Made by a program: the position numbers and the translations under genes. Source: Thecamonas trahens ATCC 50062 (lineage: Eukaryota > Protista > Apusomonadida). From it: DNA of 64,000 nt. Of this stretch, positions 10,301-20,348 are shown in pieces; the stretch's first letter is position 1; each line of letters begins with the position of its first letter. Where the stretch lies: NCBI RefSeq assembly GCF_000142905.1, contig NW_013657670.1, positions 87,498-151,497 on the forward strand, read 5' to 3'. The notes beneath the pieces are model-generated. The model had not been told where the DNA came from. It saw nothing but the letters and a program-made list of their open reading frames with translations, and made no database searches.

Positions 10301-13300
10301 GTGCCAAGGTTGCCCAGCGCCACGTCACCGCCGCTCCCAGCAGCTCCGTTGCTCTTCCATACCACCTCCTCCAATCGCACCATCTCCGGCAGCGGAAGCA
10401 GGCCTGGCGTGTGTAGCGCCATCAGCCCTCCACCGAGTCCGCCGTCGCCCGACGCCACGTTGCCGATGAGCGCACAGCCTGTCATCGTCAGTGCTCGCGG
10501 CTCAAACGCGGCCACGCCGCCGCCACCAGAGCGCGCATCGTTGCCAGTAAACGTGCTGTTGGCAAGCGCCAGCGTGGTCATCTGGCTCAGCAGCCCACCA
10601 CCCCACGAGCTCGCGCTGTTGCTCGTCAATGCCAGCAGCGAAAGAGCGCCGCTCGCGGTCGAGCCGGCGTCGACGTAGAGCCCGCCGCCAAGATCCGAAG
10701 TGCACTGCTCGAAACTTGCGTTGCGGAGTGAAAAGACACTCGCCTCAATCCCAATGCCTCCGCCAAGCAGCGACGATCTGCAGCTGTGAACATCAAGCCT
10801 CTCCATCTCTACCTCGGTCCCAGAAATCCACATGCCGCCTCCCGACTCGAATGCAAAGTTGCTACGGAGCTCAACCGCGACCAGAGCCATCGACTTGCAG
10901 AAGGCAACGTAGAGCCCGCCGCCACGCGAGCCTGCAGAGTTGCCGCTCACATGCGAGTTGCTCAGACCGAGCCTAACTCCGCTACGGCTGAGCTCACTCG
11001 CGCTTCGCGGCACTGTCGCGTCAAGGTATGCACCGCCGCCTGCAAACGCAGCGTTAGAAGTGAGGGCGAGCCGGGCGAGATACGGAAGCGACGCCGTAAT
11101 GTGCAGCGCACCTCCCAGCATGTGGGCTGAGTTGGCGGTAAAGGATGCATCGCGGAGCTCGAGCGGGACGCATCGCGAGCAGTGAAGCGCGCCGCCCTTG
11201 ACACCGCGGTTGCCAGTAAAGGTGGCATTGGCAATGACTGCGTCGGAGCCGGCAGAGCCTTGAATTGACACCGCGCCGCCAAGCCCACCGTCGGGCAGCG
11301 ATGCCACGTTTGCTTCAAAGACCGAGTCGCGAATATGAATTGTCGAGTCCAGCGCCGCCACAGCACCACCAAAGCCACCAGTATTGTTCACAAAAACTGA
11401 GCTCGATATGCGTGCCGACATGGTCGTGCCTGGCAAGAGTTCGGCACCCGATGCGGCGTTGGACAAGTCGATGTACAGTGCGCCACCGCCGGACGCATCT
11501 ACCAAAACGTTGGATTCGAACCGGCAGCGGAGTACCTCGATCATGGCGATGAATGAGTACATGACCCCGCCCTGCCGTGTCGCCGAATTGTGGCCAAGGG
11601 TCGAGTCGATTAGAGCCAGGCCCGAGTGCTCCACGTACAGCGCACCGCCCTGCGAGCCACGTGAATGCTCGATGACGCACGAGTCAAACGTAACTTGGAT
11701 CCCGCCGTGGGTTCGCGGCTCCGAATCGAGCCAGAGCACACCCGCCGAGTCGGATGCAACATTGCCGCTAAAGTTGCACGCCACAAACGCCACGTTACTC
11801 ACCTCGTCTGCATACACGGCGCCGCCACCCGAGGCCGAGTTGCCGACCAGCACCGATCCAGTCATTGTGAGGCTGCCAGAGCCCTTGTCAAAGTGAAGTG
11901 CCCCGCCAACTGAGCCTGCAGTGTTGTGCATGAAACTACAGCCAACGACCCGACTCCCAGCCGTACCAGCTACGTTGAGAGCACCACCCGCTTCAGCTGA
12001 GTTGCTATCAAAGACCGAGCCAATCACCTCGAGAGGCGCGCCGTCAAAGACCGAAATGCCACCGCCATCAAACTCGGCCACGTTGCGCGCAAAGGTGCAG
12101 TTGACAAGAACAACTCCTGAGCTTGCGCCAATGATGACGATGCCAGCGCCGACTGCCGGCTCGGTGGCGCCGCTCACGGAGTTGTCTTCGAAAACGCTTC
12201 CCCGCACATGGCCGGATCCGCACGAGGTGAGTGAGAGCCCGCCGCCGCGGTAGCCATGATTGCCAGAAAAGGAGCACAGGTCAATGGTCACAGAGCTTGC
12301 ACTCGAGGCTGCCACACCGCCGCCGACAAGGGTGTCGGGTAGGCCGCCAGTGACACCGTTCCGCCGGAGCACCACATCTGTGAGCGCTAGCCTCCCGTCG
12401 CTCACATACACGCCAGCGCCAGTCGTAGTCGCCATGTTGTTCTCGATAAGCGATGCCTGCACCACCACCGATGTCCCGGAGCCCGACGCAAAGACTGCAC
12501 CGCCGTGACTGCCGCCCAAGTTGCGTCTAGCCACGAGGCGATGCGCTGCGAGCTCGCTAGAGCCAGTAAGATGTGCCACACCGCCCGAGACGCTCCCAAC
12601 GTTGTCCTCGCAGGTCACATTGTCAAGCGTAAGCACTGCGCTGCTGATCTCAAACACGCCACCAAGTCCATAGCCTGTAGACGCGGTGTTTCCGCTAAAC
12701 ACGCTTGAGCTGACCGAAACGTCTGCGTTGTCGGCGGCATACAGCACGCCGCCGCCACCAGAGGCCGAGTTGTAGCGAAAGACGCTCCGTTCGAGCACGA
12801 CCGACGCACCCGGGACAGCGGAATCGACCGAGATCACACCCGCCCAATCGCCGGCATTTCGCTCGACAGTGCAGTCGCTCATGCGGAGGCTTGACGAGTC
12901 GGCGACGGTGATGACCGCCGGAGACGCGACCGAATCGACCAGCACGCACCTGTCGCAAACAACTGCTCCGGAATCGCCAGCAAGTGCAATCCAGGCCGAA
13001 GACGAAGCCGAGGCAAAGCCAGTCAGAGTCACATTGCTCAGAACGAGTCTTCCACCATCAACAGATGCTAGCGGGCGTAGACCGACAAGATCGATGCCCG
13101 AGAAGGAGACGTTCAGCGCCGAGTGAAGGTCCTGCAACAGCGGGGTATCACTGGCATCGACACAGGTCCAGGTCACATCCCCAGCATCATCGGCTTTGAT
13201 CCAAGAGAGTAAGGTCAGCGAGGTCGGAGGCGACCACGAGCTTCCGCTACATCCGGTGTAGGCGCCAGTCTCAAGTCGGACCACAACACTAGCAGGAGGC

Positions 13301-13452
13301 GACGGAGATGCGTTGGCAGCAGCAGCAGCGGCGGCGAGGACGTCGGCCACAGTGGGATGGGTGGCTGGGGAGAGTGTGAGAGTGGTAGAGCCGACGGTGT
13401 GGGCGAGGAGCAGGAGAAAGGTGAAGAGAGGAAGGACGGAGAGTGGGGGCAT
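7354..13452 (-). CDS. About 2030-aa receptor-like protein: signal peptide, PMP-type (GGA[ILV]/FxxN) right-handed beta-helix repeats, Cys-rich (ephrin-receptor-like/GCC) repeats, multi-TM C-terminal domain
   Basis: Dozens of FxxNxA..GG[AG][ILV] repeats; CEACQAGTFS and CPLGAVCAGG; TM block with LEVDISVEC and FGFLYSGYRAQHWYWE..LRK. Likely start MPPLSVLPLFTFLLLLAHTVG at 13452. Confidence 0.85.
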   Translation of the reverse strand: MPPLSVLPLFTFLLLLAHTVGSTTLTLSPATHPTVADVLAAAAAAANASPSPPASVVVRLETGAYTGCSGSSWSPPTSLTLLSWIKADDAGDVTWTCVDASDTPLLQDLHSALNVSFSGIDLVGLRPLASVDGGRLVLSNVTLTGFASASSSAWIALAGDSGAVVCDRCVLVDSVASPAVITVADSSSLRMSDCTVERNAGDWAGVISVDSAVPGASVVLERSVFRYNSASGGGGVLYAADNADVSVSSSVFSGNTASTGYGLGGVFEISSAVLTLDNVTCEDNVGSVSGGVAHLTGSSELAAHRLVARRNLGGSHGGAVFASGSGTSVVVQASLIENNMATTTGAGVYVSDGRLALTDVVLRRNGVTGGLPDTLVGGGVAASSASSVTIDLCSFSGNHGYRGGGLSLTSCGSGHVRGSVFEDNSVSGATEPAVGAGIVIIGASSGVVLVNCTFARNVAEFDGGGISVFDGAPLEVIGSVFDSNSAEAGGALNVAGTAGSRVVGCSFMHNTAGSVGGALHFDKGSGSLTMTGSVLVGNSASGGGAVYADEVSNVAFVACNFSGNVASDSAGVLWLDSEPRTHGGIQVTFDSCVIEHSRGSQGGALYVEHSGLALIDSTLGHNSATRQGGVMYSFIAMIEVLRCRFESNVLVDASGGGALYIDLSNAASGAELLPGTTMSARISSSVFVNNTGGFGGAVAALDSTIHIRDSVFEANVASLPDGGLGGAVSIQGSAGSDAVIANATFTGNRGVKGGALHCSRCVPLELRDASFTANSAHMLGGALHITASLPYLARLALTSNAAFAGGGAYLDATVPRSASELSRSGVRLGLSNSHVSGNSAGSRGGGLYVAFCKSMALVAVELRSNFAFESGGGMWISGTEVEMERLDVHSCRSSLLGGGIGIEASVFSLRNASFEQCTSDLGGGLYVDAGSTASGALSLLALTSNSASSWGGGLLSQMTTLALANSTFTGNDARSGGGGVAAFEPRALTMTGCALIGNVASGDGGLGGGLMALHTPGLLPLPEMVRLEEVVWKSNGAAGSGGDVALGNLGTVEVSRSSAHGSGAVGNAGSWYVHQTQRVTLVSSTISGAGAGGVGGGMVVSASNVTLGRGSSVMGCSASAGGGVWVELSEGPTMLTLGNSAKVTGCLAFEAGGGGIGCGTVAGVASASAQQCVVVRGGVVANNVASRAGGTGGGVAVFDRGSWAWLDSGAVVSGNTADVGGGVYSVVAEAGLAASSGVIGNSAELYGSEVASAAAEVVWDVVPAARTVSGVTLLPRAGSGGLTRIRASLRDGYGQRVVGPAVAGSMLELTMASADALLSGSTAVPVDEKCGCGEWDDVVLVAAEVAAARQLVVEAVSGLEEVVRGVVGVDQEPCTSSGREIVDTGLAYPVCTVSCEPGSFATTVQVAISGTKQSLTETRCEACQAGTFSPVRGQAECTACDDGSYSERGARGCASCPLGAVCAGGVLRTQAGYWYDSERGAFVACAVAAACPGGARNGSCGAGYVDGSYVCSQCESGFERAGSTCVSCGPVWQSVLVLLVVICLVVAVVGRAMMTVSETTDLAVILKVLINFTQMTALLMRLDVFGDRSGTVGLLGVFDLAQGMLGSFHELQPAACLFRWSIFDAFVSTVLLPVVVLVGVAFGCAVAFVCVRRGWTSWRPRSHGLDGDDGVGVADGLVRTFLHAATVAFFLLHTTLVLQSLNMLVCRTDIRRLEVDISVECLSRRHRPYFVAAIVTLVVYGIALPLGAGAVLWRERRVLRSSAFVSVAFGFLYSGYRAQHWYWEFVVVLRKVAGLLIVVFVESPLHQVGLAMLLVVLSIVLQSRQMPLRSRLLNGMELSSQGAMVVTLVGGLFLSGANSGSHAAPVVLPNLAVAIALVVANGGVMAFIVFMLGRELSPRIKAKIIPCYKVTVETMADVAEFLHEHSVGSFKGMRRSSSRADGGGSELVRLAAAERVRRAEMGMSVPPLPSPSVRGSSGASGRLPLLPLLPPLVGQRPLPPPTGFESASTSSGCEDESWSSCSKDEDKDRSEG

Positions 13453-13604
13453 GTGAGTATGGGTGGAGTTGGGTGAGTGGGAGTGGCCGGGGGGTGCCGT
13501 GGGCGCGGTTGGCGTGAGTGTTGTCGTGATCACGATCGTGCCGAGCGTGACAGGTTGGATGAATATAGATGCAGCGTGAGCGGCGTGATGCGATGTGATG
13601 AGCT

Positions 13605-16600
13605 TTACTTGGCGTCAAAGTCGAGCTCATAGTATGTGTGGGTGGTCGGGTCGAAGAACAGCTGCATGGCGGCGTCAAAGTAGAGCGAGAGGTTGCGCTC
13701 GCGCGAGGTTGCGGCGGGTGAGTTAAGGGTAAAGGTGTTCGAGGTGTTGGCGGTGCAGGTCGAGGCTGGCGAACCAACCGAGGACGGGATGCCATCAGAC
13801 GAGAGTCGCGCCACGGCTGGCTCACCGAGTGGCGGCGAGTAAGCGCGCGGGCCGGCGCGTGACAGAGCAAGCTGCTCGGAGCGGGCGGCGCGGTACTCGC
13901 TGGCGAGAGGCGCGCCGGTTGAAGGACGACCAAAGGCCGAAGCTACCGAGGCAACCGAACCGGCGGTCGGGGTGTGGATACCACCGGCCTGGCTGCGTGA
14001 AAGCGAAAAGGCAGCGGCGACCGAGACGGCATCGCTTTGGAGCGGCGAGCGCGGCGAGGTGCCTGGCGGGATGAGCGGCGGGTTGTGCGATACGTCGAGC
14101 ATGGGCATACCAGGCTGAGCGAGCCTCTCACGAGCGCGCGGTGGAATTGGCCGCGGCCGGACCGGCGCCGTCAGTGCTGTTGGCGTGACTGGTATGGACG
14201 GAGGTGTTGGTGGCGCGATGCGGGTGGCTGTCGAGTCAACTCGCCGCTTGCGCCGACGAACCCGCCGTGAACGGACATGCTTGGATGGGCCTTTGCGCGA
14301 ACCACGCCGGGACCTGCTGCGGCTTGGTGTCGACAGCGGCACAGAAGCGTTGTCGCTGGGCTGCGCGGGCTGAAACGGCGGTGCCGGCGACGACGAAAAC
14401 GACGAGTCAAGCGAGACGGGCGATGGGACGGTGTCGAGGGCGTGAGCGATGTTTCCGAGCGTCTGCCGGGCGTTGGGCGAGGACGGCGAGGCGATGTTCT
14501 GCGGACGGCGCTCCGGGTTTGTGTCGAGTGGCAATATGACAGCACCGAGCCGCTCGCGTGGCGGACGCGCCGACGCTGAGCAGCTTGACTTGTCTGACAC
14601 GTGCAGCGTGCTGGCGCCAGAAGTGATGGTAGGCAACGAGTGCTCCGACTCGCGGAGCGACAACGAGCTCGCCAACGGCTCCGAGCGGTCAGGTTGATGC
14701 GACGGGCGCGACGAGCTTAACAGCGGTCGGGCGTTCGATGACGACGTCGACGACAGGCTCAGGGTTGGGCTGCGGTTCGATGGTGTGGCCTCGACAATGC
14801 CTGCGCTGTCGTGGGACGGCACCGGCGCGAGGACATCGCCAAGCAGCATCGAGCTCGACGGCGAAATGACCGGAAACGAGCCCATCTCAGAGATGGAGTC
14901 TCTCGACTGGTCGAGTCCAACCGCCGACGCCGACCGTGATTGAAGCCGTGCGTGCCACTCGAGGCGGTCGCGATCAAGGAGATGAGAGGTGTTGAGTGCC
15001 GACATGTTGGACATGTTGGAGACGTTCGAGAACGACGGCATGATGCCGGTGTCGCTCCCGGAGCCAGACGATACACGGCGCGCGCGCGCGACAAGGAGTC
15101 CTCGTGGAGAGAACCGCGCTGACGACGAATGCGAGAGGTGAGAGGTTGAGTGCTCGGAGCCGGTGTCGGTAGCGGCAGAGCGCGAGCCCACACCAGGGCT
15201 AGTGTCCACTTCACACGCTGCCTGCAGCGGAGCAGAATCTGAAGCCACTGACAGGTCCGAGTCGGGGCAGGTTTTCGAGCCAATCTCCGGGTGAGCGGCA
15301 AAGACCACCACGTCCGCGTCGGGAATGGAGCTTTCACACGACGGCGAGGGCAGCAGCGCAGCGCGTGACGAGTGCTGCGGCGTGGCAATGATCGAAGGCG
15401 TCGGCGGGCCGATAGAGATGTGCGGCGGGTTGCGATTGGTCGAGAGTTGGGACGATGGGGGAGAGAGGTGTGGCATCAGCGGCGCGGTTGGCAAATCGTC
15501 CATGACCGGCACGTCGTCGTAGTTGAGCGTCGGCATGTCGACCAAAAACGACGACGAGATGAAGCCTATCCCAAAAGACGACGCTGAGTGGCCCGAGCCG
15601 CCGGTACCGGGCGTGTTGAGCGTCGATTCAGTCGATGTCTGCTTTGCCAGCATCGACGGCAAGAAGCTCGATGGCGTTGCCGGCATCGACAGTGGATCCG
15701 ACTCGACGAGTGAACTGCTCGACTGTTCGGTGCCGTAATTAAGTACGCAGACAAGCGGCGGCGGGTTGCCAGCGGCGGACGACCTGGAACATTGGCTTGA
15801 CGTCGAGCTCGACGACGATGAAGAGGAGGAAGAGGAGGGCGGGGATGCGAGCGAAGAGCCAAAGCTCGACTCGTCGTCACTCGAGTTGGATGCTTGCCGC
15901 AAAGGAGGTGGGTCAGAGTCGGAGACCGGCCCAGGAGAGGCCAGTTCAAGCAACAACGACGACGGGAGGTCATTGGTCGACGATGATACCGGCGCTGGAA
16001 GTTCAGGCGTACACGGCGAGAGAGTGGCGGACTCGTCTTGCTGGGCATGGGTTGGCTTGGGATCGACAGCGGGTGGGGAGTCCGGTGCGGGGAGTCCGGC
16101 GCAGTTAGCGGCACTGGCGACTCGTGTTGGGCATGGGTTGGCTTGGGATCGACAGCGGGTGGGAAGTTCGGCGCGGGGAGTCCGGCGCAGTTAGCGGCAC
16201 TGGCGACTCGTGTTGGACATGGGTTGGCTTGGGATCAACAGCGGGTGGGCGCCTTGGAACACGTTCTCGGGTGTCGGTGAGACGGACGTCGACTCGCTGC
16301 CACCGGTGTAGCCGAGTCGCTCATCGTCAACAGTCCCACTCTCAGATGAGACGTCCGAGTCTGCTCCAGACTCTTCAGTGACTGCCCTCGCGTGCGCGGC
16401 ATGCATCGGCGCCCGATGGGCAACGTAGATCGGCGCCGGGACATGGTACTTCAACTTGATCGGCTCATACGGGAGCGACGCCGGTCTGGCGTCTGGGCTC
16501 CGGTGAGCAGCATAGCTCGGTGTTGGAATTCGTGGCGCGTCTGGGCTCGAGCTCAGCAGCATCTCAAGCGAGAGCGCCTTGTTGGCACTGTGCTTAGCAC

Positions 16601-17234
16601 GACTCGGGATCCGGACCGGCGCCGAGTCCGCGACGAGCTGCGGCGAACCAAGCGGGAGCTTGGCAAGAGAGAGTGGTGCCGGGCGGCGGCGGCGACGTGC
16701 ACTGCGCGACCGACTGCTGGTGCGGCTCGCCCCGCGCCCACCACGAGCGCCATCACTGAGCCGAGCACAGGAGCTGGTGCTCGCCACGGTAGAGGCTGGC
16801 GAGCGGGAGCGCGAGCTTGACCGCGATAGCGACGATCCGGAGGTGACATGATTCGCTAGATAAGTATCAAAGCCGCCAAGTGTGGCAGCAACCAGCCCAG
16901 CTTGGTCCTGCGGCAGTGAGCGAGGCCGCGCACGAGAGCGAGTGCCAGCCGAGAACGACTCACTGCCAGCCGAGCCAGCCTCATGATACGGAAGGGAGCG
17001 AGGACGGCTGCGGCGAGGACGAGAACGGGGACGAGGGCGAGTAGCTGCCAGAGAAGCAACAGCTTGGCGTGGTGGTGCAGCTGGCAAGGTGTCTGCCGTC
17101 TTGGAAGACACCATCATTGTCTTTGGAAGCCTCTCTTGTACCGGAGAAGCTCCCGCACCTCGCCCTCTTTCTCGTCTACGCACATGGAGGACCTGCCCAT
17201 AGGGAGAGCTCTCCAGCGACCTTCTTGGTACCAT
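13605..17234 (-). CDS. Large Ser/Pro/Arg-rich low-complexity protein with C-terminal OCRE-like motif; reading frame disturbed across the repeat at 16030-16250
   Basis: The C-terminus LYFDAAMQLFFDPTTHTYYEL resembles the aromatic OCRE repeat. ORFs 16191-17501 and 13605-15956 are in the same frame, separated by one TAA at 16191-16193 inside the tandem repeat. Confidence 0.5.
16025..16250. repeat. 86-bp tandem repeat, about 2.6 copies, inside a CDS
   Basis: CATGGGTTGGCTTGGGATC recurs at 16046, 16132 and 16218 (period 86). Confidence 0.9.
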
Positions 17235-17383
17235 ACCACCGTAAGGAAGAGGCAGACTTGGGGAGCTTCCCAAAGAAGGGAAGGATGGGGGGGGGGGGAG
17301 AGGGGAGGGGAGGGGGGGGTGGAGTGAGCCGGTGACGACAACTCGCAAGGGAGAGGGAGCAAGAAGGGGGGAGTGACAGGGAC

Positions 17384-17393
17384 ATGACGTGAC
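17384..17393 (-). promoter_or_regulatory. GTCACGTCAT (CRE/ATF-like) motif, copy 1
   Basis: ATGACGTGAC on the + strand, in the divergent intergenic region about 150 nt upstream of the ATG at 17234. Confidence 0.4.
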
Positions 17394-17603
17394 CATTGAG
17401 TTGGGAAGGAGACGGAGTGTGTGTGGGGGGGAGGGGGGGGGGAAGAAAAAAATTGTTGTAAACACCCCCCCCCCCGTCAAACCAGCCTGGCGTACTTGCA
17501 CGCTTTTCAGGTCGAGCTCGATCTCCCGGTCTCAGCCCCTCGCCCTACCCCCTCGCCCCGCCCCTCGCCCTCGCTTACCTGCACGCCCATCTCCGGTTGA
17601 ACT

Positions 17604-18821
17604 ATGGCTGGAGTGCGGCCGCTGGATGGACTGGTCGACGCGATGGTGGCGGTGACGGCCAATGTGACCGACTACGAGGTGGTGGACACCAGGGGCGAGG
17701 GCGGTGAGGCGTACGTGGCGTACAAGGTCGAGGTGGCCGCCGAGCAGAGTCTCAGCTGGACGACTGCACATCGGTTCTCGCGGTTTGTGGCGCTCGATAG
17801 ATTTGTTCGCAAGACAATCCGCGCGCAGGGATGGGCGATGATCCTCCCAAAGCTGCCGGAGAAGACCTGGTTGGCGTCGTCGGCGCGATCGCCCGAGGTT
17901 ATCGCCTCGCGAACGGTAGCGCTCAATGCGTATGTGAGCGCGCTGGTAGATGCTCCGCAGCTCGTCGCGCTCTTTGAGGTCTCGGTCTTCTTTGACATCG
18001 GCCGGCATGTACTCCCACGAACTGCGCGGGTCTTAGCGGTGCTCGGCGATGCTGAGTTTGATCCCACCGAGGTCGCCGTCCCGTGGAAGGTCATGATCAA
18101 TGCAGGCATCGAGGTGGTGTTTGCGACCGAGACCGGCGCCACGCCCGAGGCCGACACAATGCTCACTCGTCCGGGCGGTGTTGGTCTCCCGCTCACCGCA
18201 TCGCTGGACATGGAGCCGTGGGCAAGGGAGATCTACTCTGACATGGCGGCGAGCGCAGGCTTTACCACGCCGGCGACGTGGGCCGACGCTGGCGAGCGGC
18301 TCGGTCAGTTTGCCGGCCTGCTGCTGCCGGGCGGCCACGCACCAGGAATGCGGCAGTATCTTGAGTCCGAAGCGCTGCAAGCTCTGGTTGCCGAGTTCTG
18401 GGCCACCCGGGTCGAGGCGTCGACAGGCGTGGTAGGCGCCATCTGCCACGGCACGCTCCTGCTCGCGCGCGCCACCCATCCGGGAACCGGTGAGTCGTGC
18501 TTGGCCGACGGGGTGGCGACAACGTCACTGCCAAAATCGTCCGAGCGGATGGGCTACATGCTCACATCGTGGAAGCTGGGCAAGAGGTACACGACCTACG
18601 ATGTAGCGTGCGCCGATGAGGTCAAGTCGTTTATGCACGCACCACAGGAGCATTTTGCGGCCGGCCCGCTCATCCTCGGAGGCCGCGGAACGTTATTCGA
18701 TGACAGCGCTGCCTTTGTGGTCCAGGACGAGCACTTACCGTACGTCTCGGCGCGGTGGCCCGGCGATGCGTGGCTGTTTGGCCGGCGGATGGCCCAGCTC
18801 GCGCTTGCACTTGCGCCGTAA
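17604..18821 (+). CDS. PX domain - DJ-1/PfpI (class I glutamine amidotransferase-like) fusion protein
   Basis: N-terminal PX: YVAYKVEV, HRFSRFVALD, LPKLPEK, IASRTVALNAYVSAL, VSVFF. C-terminal DJ-1/PfpI: FDPTEVAVPW, LLLPGGHAPGM, GAICHG (nucleophile Cys), SARWPGDA. Confidence 0.88.
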   Translation: MAGVRPLDGLVDAMVAVTANVTDYEVVDTRGEGGEAYVAYKVEVAAEQSLSWTTAHRFSRFVALDRFVRKTIRAQGWAMILPKLPEKTWLASSARSPEVIASRTVALNAYVSALVDAPQLVALFEVSVFFDIGRHVLPRTARVLAVLGDAEFDPTEVAVPWKVMINAGIEVVFATETGATPEADTMLTRPGGVGLPLTASLDMEPWAREIYSDMAASAGFTTPATWADAGERLGQFAGLLLPGGHAPGMRQYLESEALQALVAEFWATRVEASTGVVGAICHGTLLLARATHPGTGESCLADGVATTSLPKSSERMGYMLTSWKLGKRYTTYDVACADEVKSFMHAPQEHFAAGPLILGGRGTLFDDSAAFVVQDEHLPYVSARWPGDAWLFGRRMAQLALALAP

Positions 18822-18853
18822 GGCGGTGAGAGGAGGGCGAGGGAAGGAGGGAG

Positions 18854-19541
18854 CTACGGCGCGTAGTCAAACGGGCGTGTATCGTTGTAGCACGCGTCCC
18901 ATGCAGTTGCGATGGCCTCGAGGCCCTTGGAGCCCTGGCACGCCGGGTTTTCCTTGACAGAGAGCGCGGCACGGCGGCGGACACAGGCGGCCTGCTGGCC
19001 CTCGAGGTTAAAGTTGCCGCGATTGAATTCGTTGGCCCAGCGGCACTCGCCAGAGAGATTTGCGGCGCGGATCTCGGAGCAAGCATGCTGGACACAGTTA
19101 GTCCAGTCCATGAACGCGCGGCACTCGTCGTAGGCGTGGACGAGCTCGTGAACGATGGTCTCCTGGACTTGCGCATACGAGTCGATCTGGTTCGCACACA
19201 AAACAATGCCATCCTCCGGGTGAAAGCCACCCCGGACCGACCGATCGCACTGCGAGCAGAAGATGGCCGACTCGGGCACCGGGCAGCCGGCCTTGCTCAT
19301 GTGCTCGAACATAAAGACCACCGTAGGATCTGCGAGACCGCCACCGCCACATTGCCGTCCATCGGCATCATCATCAGCATCATTAGCCATCACCATCACC
19401 ATTGCCTCTCATCATGAGTCCCTGCCTCCTCCCCCCCCCCCCCCCCTCCTTTCCCCTCTCCCCTTCCTACATACCCTGCATGGCCTTGGCCCGCCACTTG
19501 CGGCAGTCTGCAAACTCCTCCGACTCGGGAGGGACAGCCAT
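18854..19541 (-). CDS. ATP23: Mitochondrial inner membrane metalloprotease ATP23; exons 19541-19475 and 19329-18854
   Basis: GGFHP..GIVLCAN, HELVHAYD (HExxH), HACSEIRAANLSGEC, CVRRRA, CYNDTRPF. Intron G|GTATGT...GCAG| gives CRKWRAKAMQDPTVVFM. Confidence 0.93.
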
Positions 19542-19894
19542 GACTCGGAGCAGCACACAGTCACAGAGCCAGAGAGATAGAAACAGCCCCTACTGTAACT
19601 CCTGCTATCGCCTGCACGCCAGCAAAGAGAGATGGTACCCGTCTTCTACGTGCTCTGCTCCTCCCGCTTGCTCTGTCTCTGTAGCTGACCTATCCGTCAG
19701 CTGCCCGTCGCTGTTGTCGCCTTGCCAAACGCGACATTGCCGCCCAACAGGACGCGATGGTCATGGCGGCGAGGCATGTCCATGGCGATGATCGCATGCC
19801 CAGGGCGATGGAGGCATGCGATGGGTGCATGGTAGTCATAGCTCGTGATTGGGATTGGCAGTGGGCTAGCTCGCTAGGGTATTAGGATGCCTTT

Positions 19895-20130
19895 GCCATC
19901 ACTCACACTGCCCACACCCATCACTCACACTACCCACACGTACATCGCTCACACTGCCCACACATGCGTCGCCTTTGCCATCACTCACACTGCCCACACA
20001 TACATCGCCTTTGCCATCACTCACACTGCCCACACCCATCGCTCACACTGCCCACACCCATCGCTCACACTGCCCACACCCATCGCTCACACTGCCCACA
20101 CCCATCGCTCACACTGCCCACACATACATC
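19895..20130. repeat. Minisatellite, 9 copies of the core CTCACACTGCCCACAC (spacing 22, 24 or 36 nt)
   Basis: Core at about 19902, 19924, 19948, 19984, 20020, 20042, 20064, 20086 and 20108, in the divergent ATP23/PhoD intergenic region. Confidence 0.9.
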
Positions 20131-20305
20131 GCCTTGCCATCACTCTCCAGCACCAGCTACTTCCCGGCCCCATCCATCTCCATTCCCTCTCCCTCAACCT
20201 CCATCCCTAATACGCCATCCCCATCCCCATCCCCATCCCCATCCCCATCCGCAGTCCACCGTGGCCTTGCCATCGTCCAGCAAGTCCTTCCCGTGACGCC
20301 ACTCA

Positions 20306-20315
20306 GTCACGTCAT
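20306..20315 (+). promoter_or_regulatory. GTCACGTCAT motif, copy 2
   Basis: Exact 10-mer about 34 nt upstream of the PhoD ATG at 20349. Confidence 0.4.
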
Positions 20316-20348
20316 GAACACACCTCACCCCCACCACCCCTCTCCACC

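Noticed and set aside
19895-20130. Repeat array as a CRISPR
   Set aside because: The linkers are 6-20 nt and near-identical, no cas genes are present, and the context is eukaryotic.
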